Below are positions 13,804 through 25,215 of a stretch of 64,000 nucleotides of DNA, in pieces. Origin of the DNA: Octopus bimaculoides. Taxonomy: Eukaryota. The notes beneath the pieces are model-generated. The model was not told the DNA's origin. It saw only the letters and a list, made by a program, of their open reading frames with translations, and ran no database searches. Position numbers and translations under genes: made by a program. Each line of letters opens with the position of its first letter. Position 1 is the first letter of the stretch. Location: assembly GCF_001194135.2 (NCBI RefSeq), contig NC_068992.1, positions 57,019,025 to 57,083,024 of the forward strand, written 5' to 3'.

Positions 13804-13960
13804 CGTTTCTGTCCCCGTCACTTAGCGGTTCGGCAAAAGAGACCGATAGAATAAGTACTAGGCTTACAAAGAATAAGTCCCGGGTCGATTTGTTCGACTA
13901 AAGGCAGTACTCCAGCATGGCCGCAGTCAAATGACTGAAACAAGTAAAAGAGTAAAAGAA
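13804..13960 (+). mobile_element. 5'-truncated SINE family A (3' tail), young
   Basis: GTCCCCGTCACTTAGCGGTTCGGCAAAAGAGACCGATAGAATAAGTACTAGGC...GACTGAAACAAGTAAAAGAGTAAAAG, nearly identical to 23085-23232. Confidence 0.9.
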
Positions 13961-14083
13961 TATATGAAGGTATTTGGCCTAGGTCTTAATCGTGTGTTAG
14001 AGTCGTTAGGTCGTGGTTACGATTCGCAGACCGGCTGCGCCTTGTTGTTGCGCAAAACACATCATTTATATATACATGTATGT

Positions 14084-14130
<47 letters not shown>

Positions 14131-14243
14131 NNNNNNNNNNNNNNNNNNNNNNNNNNNNNNNNNNNNNNNNNNNNNNNNNNNNNNNNNNNNNNNNNNNNNN
14201 NNNNNNNNNNNNNNNNNNNNNNNNNNNNNNNNNNNNNNNNNNN

Positions 14244-14301
<58 letters not shown>

Positions 14302-14580
14302 AGTATGTATGTATACACACACATGTATATATACATGCATATATACAAATATGTATACATACCTGTATATACAAATATATAATATCCATGTGTGTATAAT
14401 GTATACGTGTTCGTGTTTCTACATACATTGAAACGCTTTACAGTTTTACAACTAAGCCACTGTTGGACCTGCAGCAATTTTAAATGCTAAACATTTTCAA
14501 AGGATTTCTATCTTAAGAACAACAGGAACCTAACTGCAATAACTCGTTGTCGCTCGATAGAATTCACGTTCTTACTTTAC

Positions 14581-14638
14581 GTTTGAATTCTTAGAGACCG
14601 CTGAAGCCTTAGGTGACGTCATATGTTTTAATGTAGAA
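14581..14638 (-). CDS. Candidate Ser/Thr-rich exon (STLKHMTSPKASAVSKNSN)
   Basis: Acceptor ttttatatctttgcttctag|; donors |gtaaag (14580) or |gtaaga (14575); only one frame is open; the 14580 donor joins in frame to the 10855 exon. Confidence 0.3.
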
Positions 14639-15164
14639 CTAGAAGCAAAGATATAAAACCGCCATATTGATTGTGCAAGTTTACTTAGAATATTGCGCTC
14701 TCTGATTCCGCATCGTCGATTATCGTGAGACCGGATTGGAATGACCTTCAACCACGTCAATGGGTTCATTTCTATCCCAAAGCATTGAATCTGGAGCCTT
14801 CACTTGCGTATATACAGATACATGAAGCCATTTGTTTTTATGAGTGCGAGCATGTAATATTCCAAATATATTTTTACCTGTAGATTAGAATTGAAATTTG
14901 GATCAAACATATGCTAAATATATATTGCGTTTATTTATTCGATTATCTAATTCAGAGGACTGTACAAATGCCTAATAATATCTTTGATCATGTAGTGAAC
15001 TATACTGTTATATGAAAGAGCATTAACTTTAAAATATTGGTTCGATTCCCACATACTCCGCAACATTCAGCACATTTCCAGTAAAACAAAGATACGTAAA
15101 TGTAGGACATTTGCTGGCGTTGTTTTTAACATGCAATGATTTACGAAAAGAAATCGACTACGAC

Positions 15165-15490
15165 TAGAATATTTTTGATCACAGGCCAACAGGAAAAAGC
15201 TTCTGTTGGGCTAAATAACAAAAACAGGCCCCAAAATACAGGTTAACAAAAAATGTGGTTCTATATATACAGTGTTTAAATAAAGTAAGTTAGATCATGT
15301 TTGATCATGGTTCCTCTGGATCAGGCTGTACCTTGAGCTGAACAACAACGCAACAACGCCCAAAGGAATGACATTTAGTAATAATTTAGTTTGAAATATT
15401 TAATGTTTCAATAAAAATATGATTATAACTAGAGCCAGATTGATCATAGTTCTGCTGGATCATGGATAGCTTAAGGCTAAACACAATAGA
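15165..15490 (+). repeat. Three degraded copies of a GATCA..G..CTG..GGATCAGG..TG..C.TGGGCTAAACAACAAC repeat tail (SINE-like family D)
   Basis: Similar units near 15175-15225, 15300-15360 and 15438-15487; an inverted copy near 26735-26800 and a related body near 47340-47490. Confidence 0.5.
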
Positions 15491-16466
15491 TATATCACAA
15501 ATATCTAACAGCTGTTTATATTGACAAGTATATAATGGTTAAAAGTCTTATGTTCAATATTTGAGTAGCAATATGTCAAGAGTATTCTAGAGACAGATGC
15601 ATATAGTATTACCAAGAATTCTATATATTATATTGCGTCGCAAAGACAATGTTAAATGCCATCCTTTTACAAATGAATAAGAAATAAAATTAAGAAATCT
15701 GATATTGGCAATCTTTATTGTAAATTATCTCTCAGTGTATCGACTGCTACAGTAAATTCGTTAATCTCTTAGCACATATATTTCTTCGATGCAGCAATTA
15801 ATAAAACTTTTCCAATCTCTTGGAGACCTTTTGACCAAACTAAATTGAGTGTCTTTATAAGTGTATTGGATAACACTCGTATAAACGTGCAATTATTACA
15901 CTTTTATGTTTCTCAAATAACTGGGAATTGAAAAGAAATCCACACACCTTCGTTCCAAAATAGCTGTAAATACCTAGCGACGTGATTTAAAGAAAAGACT
16001 CCATTGCAAATAGAAACGTATGGTTGTAATATAACTTAGTTTACTTTTCTTGCACAGCTAAATTTGTTTGATCACCATATATAAGCAGTGGCACCACTGT
16101 GGAAATTATGAGTGCTTAGTTAGCTCACAGTAATATGTTTTACATAAGTTGTTGAAAGATGGCGTCCCTCAATTTACCCAAGTTATTCAGATTCAAAAAT
16201 AAAGGATTACAGTTACGTCCAGGAAGCAAAGACGAAGCCTCTACTCCAGCGTAGACGCTCGACTCGCTAAAACTTGGAGCCAAATAGTTTACAAATTACA
16301 CCTTGCCGTCGTGACAAAGGAGACGCCGGCTAGTGTTGTCGAAAGTACTCTATGCATGAAGAATTAGAGGAAAGTTACCGGTTAAACATTGCTAAAATGC
16401 ATTTTACGTAGGTGTTTGTTGAATTTTAAACAACATTTATACCTACTGGCTACAACGACAATATAA

Positions 16467-16531
<65 letters not shown>

Positions 16532-16669
16532 GTCTGTCTATTTATCTATCTCCCTTTCTCTCCCTGCCGCTCTGTTTCCATGTCCCTTTGATTGTCAAAT
16601 GATGTGTAATAGCATGAAATGGTAAGTGTTACATTATTAAAACTAATTAACTTATTCAACCTATAAGTG

Positions 16670-17020
16670 AAGACACGGATATGTGGTTAAGAGTCTTGCA
16701 ACGTACTTTCAGTCTCACTGTGCAGCACCTTGGACAAATGTTTTGCACTATAATCCTATGCAGACCAATGCGTCGTGAGTGAATCTGGTTGATGGAAACT
16801 CTATGTGCGTGTATTTGATTCATTGTATTTGGGTTCGTTCCTATCACTACTTGAAAACCGTTTACAGTTTGTTTACCTCCCCGTAACTGAGCGGTTTGAG
16901 TAAATGGACCCGTAGAATAAGTACCTGACTTGAAAAAACTAAGTATTAAGGTCGATGTGTTTGACTAAACTCTGCAAGGTGGTGCTCTAACATGGCCGCA
17001 GTCCAATGACTGACACAACT
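16670..17020 (+). mobile_element. SINE family A, old near-full-length copy
   Basis: Degraded head plus CCCCGTAACTGAGCGGTT...AGAATAAGTACC...GGTCGAT...GGTGGTGCTCTAACATGGCCGCAGTCCAATGACTGA. Confidence 0.8.
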
Positions 17021-17877
17021 AAATTTTAAAAGATATCCTTTAAACTCTTCTTTTAAATAACTGCTGTCAATATACACAGTATAACATTGCCTGACACTAT
17101 TTATCTTAAATATTGCATTACAGATCTTCAAGGCTGCGCGTCACATTTTGTTCTGTTAAAATATGCACATTACATATTTATTAAGTTTACTTTGCAATAA
17201 GAAAAATGACATATGAACTCGAAAACTTTAACGGGAAAGAAGACATTTTGTAGAGTAAAACTTATCTTAGTGTTAAGGTGAAACTGCTGACATTCCTCGC
17301 CTCAAAAATGTCTTCTTGATATTTTTACATTAAAAAATAATGGTAGAAGACTAAAATTAAAATTTTGGCAGTATTTAACTCTGTTCATTTACGTTCTAAG
17401 TCGCAATCCTTTCGAAGCCCACTTTCATTAATTTCATTCATGCTGACATTGATAAAATAAACTACCATTCAAATACTGAAGTCGATATAATCGACTGTTC
17501 TCGCTGCCAAAATCTGTAGCCTGGTACCTCTTAAAAAAAAATCAGACTGCATATAAAATTTTCTTTTATATCTTGGTTCATTTTCATGTGGTATATCCAA
17601 AAATGTAGACGATATTGTGTAATTATTACTATCAAATCCAATTTTACCAAAGTTCTCTGCCCCTGATAACATCTAATCTTGCCTCTGGGGAGAGTCCCAT
17701 TTAGTTAGGCATACATACTCTAAAAGAAGGTAACTGTATACCGATCTTGACTCCTTATAACTATTGGACTTGTGGCATTTGTTGCAGAGGCCAATACAAG
17801 TTTGAGGGACGAGGGAGCGGGAATGGCTCTGCACCAACCATGCCAACAATAATAATAGACTCCTGCTGGGTAATTTA

Positions 17878-17927
<50 letters not shown>

Positions 17928-18128
17928 NNNNNNNNNNNNNNNNNNNNNNNNNNNNNNNNNNNNNNNNNNNNNNNNNNNNNNNNNNNNNNNNNNNNNNNNN
18001 NNNNNNNNNNNNNNNNNNNNNNNNNNNNNNNNNNNNNNNNNNNNNNNNNNNNNNNNNNNNNNNNNNNNNNNNNNNNNNNNNNNNNNNNNNNNNNNNNNNN
18101 NNNNNNNNNNNNNNNNNNNNNNNNNNNN

Positions 18129-18455
18129 TATATATATGGTGGTTGTCTACTCCTTAGGCAGAGTTTGACCACCTTCTATACCTACACCTTAGCACTATCA
18201 TAGCATCTTATGAAGCTTTTTTAAACCAGACAATGTTCTGAAAAGACATCCACACAGATTACACATCCGCTTTGGACCACCAAGAGCTGCAGATTAGTTC
18301 GGATCTTTGTGGATCTTAAAATGTCTTTTGAGGCCTCTGTTGGATTTGCAAACCTTCTGGCATACACCCCATTGAAAGGTGTGCACAGACATATGAGTAG
18401 AATAATTGGTGGAGGTTCGTTTTCCATACATATAAATGTCCGTGGGTTTTCACGT
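18129..18455 (-). mobile_element. 3' end of an RTE-like LINE with two C2H2 zinc-finger remnants and a (TA)n tail
   Basis: Minus strand VCQKVCKSNRGLKRHFKIHK and MCNLCGCLFRTLSGLKSFIRC, then GGTGGTCAAACTCTGCCTAAGGAGTAGACAACCACCATATA(TA)n. The RTE assignment rests on a recalled 3' terminus. Confidence 0.7.
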
Positions 18456-18469
18456 AGTTTCTGGTCCAA

Positions 18470-18680
18470 AGAGCTGCGACAATCGTTAGCATGCGGGGCA
18501 AAATGCTTAGCAGTATTTCGTCTGCCTTTACGTTTTGAGTTCAAATTCCTCCGAGGTCGACTTTGCCTTTCATCGTTACGGAGTAGATAAATTAAGCACT
18601 TCTCAAGTACTGGAGTCGATGTGATCAACTGTCCCCCTCCCCATAAAAAATCCAGACCTTGTGCCTAGAGTAGAAAGGTT
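18470..18680 (+). mobile_element. SINE family B
   Basis: GAGCTG...ATCGTTAGCA...AAATGCTTAG...GAGTTCAAATTCC..CGAGGTCGACTTTGCCTTTCATC...CCTTGTGCCTAGAGTAGAAAG. Confidence 0.9.
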
Positions 18681-18698
18681 TATTATTATGATTAATTT

Positions 18699-18910
18699 AG
18701 GTGGTGAGCTGTCAGAATCATTAGCCCGCTGGGCAAAATGCTTAGCAGCATTTCGTGGGTCTTTGCGTTCTGAGTTCAAATTCCGCCGAGGTCGCTTTTG
18801 CCTTCCATCCTTTCGAGGTTGTTAAATTAAGTACTAGTTATACATTAGGGTCGAATTAATTGACTGTCCCCTCCTTCAAAGTTTCAGGCCTTGTACCTAT
18901 AGTAGAAAGA
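18699..18910 (+). mobile_element. SINE family B, tandem second copy
   Basis: Same consensus as 18470-18680, separated from it by an ~18-nt AT-rich spacer. Confidence 0.9.
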
Positions 18911-19989
18911 ACTATTATTATTACTATTCATTTTGTTCATCATATACAAGTTTGTGTGTATTCATCATTATTTTATGCATCATATTCGATTTTAGAAAAA
19001 AGAAATGTAGCATGTCTCTGACAATTCCGAAGCGTATTGAACTTATTTTGTGTATGACTTTTGACCCGCCCTGTATATTATAAGACGTTGTAATACCGAA
19101 GCGCTACGCGCGTTTGTTTAGTTGTTATTTGATGTGTGGTTTATATTATGTGCAATAGATAGCATAATCGCTATGGATTATTGTTAAGAAATGTCTGACA
19201 ATTAATTCATATACATATCCGCTAACATAAATACATATTGATTGATTAATGCGATTAAAAGATTAGTTTATTATGAGATGGTGAGTAAAGTCGTCCTTGG
19301 GAAATAAGCCCTATTTAATATTGGTAATAATCGATCGAATATGAAAGGGCTGGATTACTAGAACTGTGGGTGAGAAGGGGAATAGTCCCATTCGGCATTT
19401 AGTTGTGGCTCTTTAGATCCTGAGGTCAAATTCGACCGGAAGAAACAATGTTTTTCATTCATCAATCATCAATGAAAATAAGTAGTATTAGAGTATGTAC
19501 TTTAGCATAATTATATTATACTCCACAAGAAAGGTGGCGAGCTGGCAGAATCGTTAGTGCGCTGGGAAAAAATTCTTAACAGGAAATTTTCGAGGAAGAA
19601 GTTATGTGACTTGACTTCTCTAATCTGTAATATTTGTATAAAAGTGTTGCTTTGCTTGCGCAGGATAGCGGTGTTACAGTAGCCATTGAGCTGCATTCAT
19701 TTACATTTTTTCTTAAGATAGAGGATTACTTTGCCAATTAAGATGGCCTCTTTTATTAGCGGGTTTCCATTGTTTCTTTCTGTGGTTACAATGGCAACAT
19801 GGTTCTCTCTGAGCTGGCATTACTGTACGTACTTTTTGACAGAAGAAGCATTACGGTTAAGGTGTTTTTTAATCCGTGCGTGTACTTGTGAGATGGTACT
19901 TCCCATTTAGAATTCATTTTATGCTTGCTACACGTCATTTTATACACAATGTAGGATTGCAGGCATATTTTCTCCGTTGAACGATCACA

Positions 19990-20370
19990 TGTCGAGAAAT
20001 TGGAGAGGCGGTTAGTCGATACTATCGGCCCCAATCTTCAAATGGTATTTTATTTTAATGATCTTGAGCGAATGAAAGGCAAGATCGATTTCAGCTGAAT
20101 TTGAACGTAAAGGTCAGGTAGAAATCTTCCAAAGCATTTTGTATGACGCACCTCAAAATTCTGCCAACATGCCATCTAAGCCGCACTACGCTATCAGTTT
20201 TCAAAGAAGGGTATTAGTTGAGAACGTCGACCTCATGGAAAATACATGGAAAATATTTTATTTTACTGATTCGGAAATCAGAAAAATTAAACATGAAAAT
20301 GGCTGAAATTGAACGCATATCAACAACTGGAAGAAATACCGTAAGGCATGATTTCCAAGAATTCCACCAC
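19990..20370 (-). mobile_element. Two degraded SINE family B copies
   Basis: GAATGAAAGGCAAGATCGATTTCAGCTGAATTTGAAC...AAGCATTTT...TTCTGCCAAC, then a second weaker copy at 20200-20370. Confidence 0.6.
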
Positions 20371-20479
20371 CTCTCTACCACAATAATGGTAATAATTATA
20401 CCACCAACAACAACGATGATGACGAAGACAAGGAGCAGGTAGAGTAGGAGGAGATGAAGAATAACAACGACAAAAACAA

Positions 20480-20483
20480 CAAT

Positions 20484-20538
<55 letters not shown>

Positions 20539-20548
20539 GTAATAATAA
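20480..20548 (+). repeat. (AAT)n microsatellite
   Basis: Direct inspection. Confidence 0.95.
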
Positions 20549-22750
20549 AACGATCATAATACTGCGTTTCTGTGAGGGTTTTTTTTTAATGTAATCATTG
20601 TTTATTTTTATTATTACTATTCCTCTTGCGGATACTGTTGTTGATATTGTTGTGTATTATTTCTACCTTTCCTGCTGCTGATGATGCTGATGATAACGAC
20701 GTCGATAGAGCGGATGTTATGGGTGTCTGCATCGATGATTATAGTCTTCTTGCTATAAATGTTGTTTTTTGTTCGTAATACCATTGTTACAGCACATATA
20801 TCTGTCCATAGAACTGTTGTTACAGCCATCATTAGCTTCTGTTTGCCAATGTTGAGCTATGTGTATATATAAACACATACACATATATATGCATGTATAT
20901 ATGTATGTACATGCATTACACACTTGTAAATGTACATGTATTATAGCAATAAATATATAAATATATGTGCTTGTATAAAGGTATATATATACCTACATAT
21001 TTATATGTATGTATATATAATATCTATATATATATATATAATATATATTGTATGTATATATATATATGTATTATATTTGTAGTTATATCTGTATATATAT
21101 ATATATATATATATNNNNNNNNNNNNNNNNNNNNNNNNNNNNNNNNNNNNNNNNNNNNNNNNNNNNNNNNNNNNNNNNNNNNNNNNNNNNNNNNNNNNNN
21201 NNNNNNNNNNNNNNNNNNNNNNNNNNNNNNNNNNNNNNNNNNNNNNNNNNNNNNNNNNNNNNNNNNNNNNNNNNNNNNNNNNNNNNNNNNNNNNNNNNNN
21301 NNNNNNNNNNNNNNNNNNNNNNNNNNNNNNNNNNNNNNNNNNNNNNNNNNNNNNNNNNNNNNNNNNNNNNNNNNNNNNNNNNNNNNNNNNNNNNNNNNNN
21401 NNNNNNNNNNNNNNNNNNNNNNNNNNNNNNNNNNNNNNNNNNNNNNNNNNNNNNNNNNNNNNNNNNNNNNNNNNNNNNNNNNNNNNNNNNNNNNNNNNNN
21501 NNNNNNNNNNNNNNNNNNNNNNNNNNNNNNNNNNNNNNNNNNNNNNNNNNNNNNNNNNNNNNNNNNNNNNNNNNNNNNNNNNNNNNNNNNNNNNNNNNNN
21601 NNNNNNNNNNNNNNNNNNNNNNNNNNNNNNNNNNNNNNNNNNNNNNNNNNNNNNNNNNNNNNNNNNNNNNNNNNNNNNNNNNNNNNNNNNNNNNNNNNNN
21701 NNNNNNNNNNNNNNNNNNNNNNNNNNNNNNNNNNNNNNNNNNNNNNNNNNNNNNNNNNNNNNNNNNNNNNNNNNNNNNNNNNNNNNNNNNNNNNNNNNNN
21801 NNNNNNNNNNNNNNNNNNNNNNNNNNNNNNNNNNNNNNNNNNNNNNNNNNNNNNNNNNNNNNNNNNNNNNNNNNNNNNNNNNNNNNNNNNNNNNNNNNNN
21901 NNNNNNNNNNNNNNNNNNNNNNNNNNNNNNNNNNNNNNNNNNNNNNNNNNNNNNNNNNNNNNNNNNNNNNNNNNNNNNNNNNNNNNNNNNNNNNNNNNNN
22001 NNNNNNNNNNNNNNNNNNNNNNNNNNNNNNNNNNNNNNNNNNNNNNNATATATATATATATATATATACAACTGTATAGATATATAAATAGATATTTATA
22101 CAACTATTTATACATACACATATATATGTGTGTGAGAGCACGAGCATGGAGAGAGAAAGAGACAAGGAAAGAAAGAAGTGGAAGAAGAATAGTGAAAAGG
22201 ATAGAAAAGCACGAGTCTTTATATAAAGTTTATGCAGAAAAACATCACAAAATAGAACCCTAATTACGTTGCCTTCTCGAAATATCTTTGTAGTTAACTG
22301 TGTAGGCATCCACCTTTCTATAAATTTACCAGTCATGCTCTATATTTCTCTCTCAGTTCCTCTATCTCTCCCTACATCTAACATTTTACTTTGTATTTAT
22401 ATATGTGTACGTGTATTTGTGGGTGTGTATGCGTGTGTGTGTGTGTGTGTGTGCATTGATTTTGTGCCTGTTTATGTGTGTCCATATACATGCGTTCATA
22501 TATATACGTATATATGTTAAGTTATATATATATGCATTCATGTGTGAGTGTATGTATGCATGTATTATATATGTATCGTATGCACAACTTATGAAACTGC
22601 TTCTTATAAGAGCGGAGAAAATGGCTGTAAAAAGGAAGATATTCCGATCATAGGACACTGCAAACAAAACATGTATAACCTTTGCCGCCAGGTAAAAAGT
22701 GGGTGCAAAGTAATGAACATAATTATAATGTTGATATACATGCATATATA

Positions 22751-23232
22751 TAGGCGCAGGAGTGGCTGTGTGGTAAGTAGCTTGCTTACCAACCACATGG
22801 TTCCGGGTTCATTCCCACTGCGTGGCACCTCGAGCAAGTGTCTTCTACTGTAGCCTCAAACCGACGAAAGCCTTGTGAATGGATATGATAGACGGAAACT
22901 GAAAGAAGCCCGTCGTATATATGTATATATATGTATGCGTGTGTATATGGTTGTGTGTCTGTGTTTGTCCCCCCTAGCATTGCTNNNNNNNNNNTATGTA
23001 TATATATGTATGCGTGTGTATATGGTTGTGTGTCTGTGTTTGTCCCCCCTAGCATTGCTTGACAACTGATGCTGGTGTGTTTATGTCCCCGTCATTTAGT
23101 GGTTCGGGAAAAGAGAACGATAGAATAAGTACTAGGCTTACAAAGAATAAGTCCCGGGGTCGATTTTCTCGACTAAAGGTGGTGCTCTAGCATGGCCGCA
23201 ATCAAATGACTGAAACAAGTAAAAGAGTAAAT
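22751..23232 (+). mobile_element. SINE family A, young full-length copy
   Basis: GGCGCAGGAGTGGCTGTGTGGTAAG (A-box-like), GGTTCATTCCC (B-box-like), internal (TA)/(TG) tract, tail ...GACTGAAACAAGTAAAAGAGTAAA; contains a 10-N gap with duplicated flanks. Confidence 0.95.
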
Positions 23233-24441
23233 GAGTATATTTGGTTTATCATTCCTTGCGCACGACAAATAAAACCGAATCTGGTCAAGGTATTTTACAG
23301 ATATTTATCTAAACACTTTAATAAGGAACATAAATATAAAAAAAATAATAATAAAGGATTAGAATATGTTTTTCAGTAACTCAAAATTTGTTTAGAATTT
23401 TCTCTTTCTTTAATAATAATATATTAGATAATTTTTATAAGAATAGAAATAATAATAGTATTACAGAAAATGATCTACCAAGAAATTGTTTGTAGATATA
23501 AGGGTAAATATTATTTTAAGAATTTTTTGCTAAAGAACAATATTTTATATAGACGAAGGGTTGATTCGGAACGAAAAATATTTTTACATATGGTCAACGG
23601 AAAATGTTATTAAAAAATGGATCACAAAACATGAGTACACCTTTAGGAATAGAGATCGATTTAACAGTACTAGTCTAAGTAAAATAATTTGGGAAATTGA
23701 ATGATACAAAGAAATAATACGACATAAATTGGAAAATACTTAGTCATGCTAGATCGTACATATACTTCAGTATTGAGTGAACATGTTTCACAATTGTTTT
23801 GTAAGTGAACATGTTGTGGTTTTAGTAATCAAAAATTTAAATTGTTGAGGACCATTAGTTGGTTGCAAAAGCAATACTTCTTTTAAATCAATCGGTAGTT
23901 GTAATAGTCTACCACAACTAGCAGTTATATTGCAGTTGCAAATTTCATTTATACAGATGTTGCAAGTATGTTGATACAATCTAATTTATCTAGCAGTGTC
24001 ATATTTGATGAATGTAAACTTTTGTGGAAATACCATTTCAAAATGAAATTACTTCCAGAATTGAATTTCCTCCTGAATTTAAATATCTAGTTATTCAAAT
24101 TAATAGATTTTTTTTTATAATCCAGCCGTCCTTTCACACAGAATTTTATCTATCTGTAAACCTTAGCTCTGACGAGACTTATATAAGTGAAATGAATTGT
24201 TTATGCATCAAAAAAAGTATATAAGTCAAAACAAATCGTTGGCTACTTTTTAATATTATATTATATTATATTCATATTATATTACGTTATATTATACTAT
24301 AAATAAATTGTTTGATTGTCAATTGTATCTCTCTAGCTAAATTATTGTTTATATACATGTTTATGTGTGCGTACATGAGTGTGTGTATGAATATATGAAT
24401 ATATATATATATACCTAAAAGATAGAAGATATAGATAGGTT

Positions 24442-24444
<3 letters not shown>

Positions 24445-24507
<63 letters not shown>
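24445..24507 (+). repeat. (GATA)n microsatellite
   Basis: Direct inspection; similar tracts at ~55245-55307, ~57410-57473 and (TATC)n at ~62017-62090. Confidence 0.95.
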
Positions 24508-24508
<1 letters not shown>

Positions 24509-24517
24509 TTCTTACAA

Positions 24518-24852
24518 GTGTGGCTCTGAGGAAAGAAATTTACCCCCCCAACCACATGGTCTCGAGATCAGTCTCACTGCATGGTACTTCGGTTAGCTAC
24601 CTTTCATTATAGCTCTGGGCCGATTTAAACCTTGTGTGTGGATTTGGATATCTTTGTGTCGTTATGTTTGTGTTTAACCCCTATCATGGCTTCACAGTTG
24701 ATGCTGATTTTCTTTTTATTCCCTTAATCTAGCGGTCCGGAAAAGTAGACTGATAGGATGACTACCATATTAAGAGAGTAAACTAAATACTGGGGTCGAT
24801 TGATACCCCAGCATGGCCGGAGTCTAATGACTGAAACAATTAAAAGATAAGA
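24518..24852 (+). mobile_element. SINE family A, old copy
   Basis: GTGTGGCT...CAACCACATGG...CAGTCTCACTGCATGG ... CCAGCATGGCCGGAGTCTAATGACTGAAACAATTAAAAG. Confidence 0.8.
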
Positions 24853-24927
24853 GACGTATACATATGTGCGTATCTGCGTGAATGTGTGTCTATGTACGTA
24901 TGTATATATGTATGTACGTAAGTAAGT

Positions 24928-25215
24928 GTGCGGGGCTTAATGGTTACGCTGTTGCATTCACGATTGCGCGCTCGGTTACCAGACTGGCTGGTGCACTGTT
25001 CTCTTGAGCTAAACACTTCATTTCAGGCTGCGCTACAATGACTTCGGCATGTGACGCGCACCACGCCCTGCACCTGTACGGACAATGTCGATTGGAATGG
25101 ATGGAGAGGAGGAGTTCATGAACAGCAGAAATATTTGATTACTATAAACAAATCATCTGTGCAGACTGTTCAGCAAGGAAGTACGGAAGCTTCTTTCTCG
25201 ATTGGAGAGACTAAC
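24928..25215 (+). mobile_element. Third SINE-like family (C), degraded; a head fragment also lies at ~13995-14065
   Basis: tRNA-like head GGCTTAATGGTTA...CACGAT...TTGAGCTAAACACTTCATTTCA, then a GC-richer body. Confidence 0.5.

Noticed and set aside
22751-22830. tRNA gene
   Set aside because: A/B-box-like motifs belong to SINE heads; no cloverleaf with acceptor stem and anticodon arm was evident.
22915-23055. ~70-bp exact duplication around a 10-N gap
   Set aside because: Typical unmerged contig overlap inside a SINE; an assembly artefact.
23788-23979. Cys-rich ORF (CNICINEICNCN) suggesting a Ly6/three-finger domain
   Set aside because: Cys spacing does not fit, and there are no convincing splice sites or start codon.
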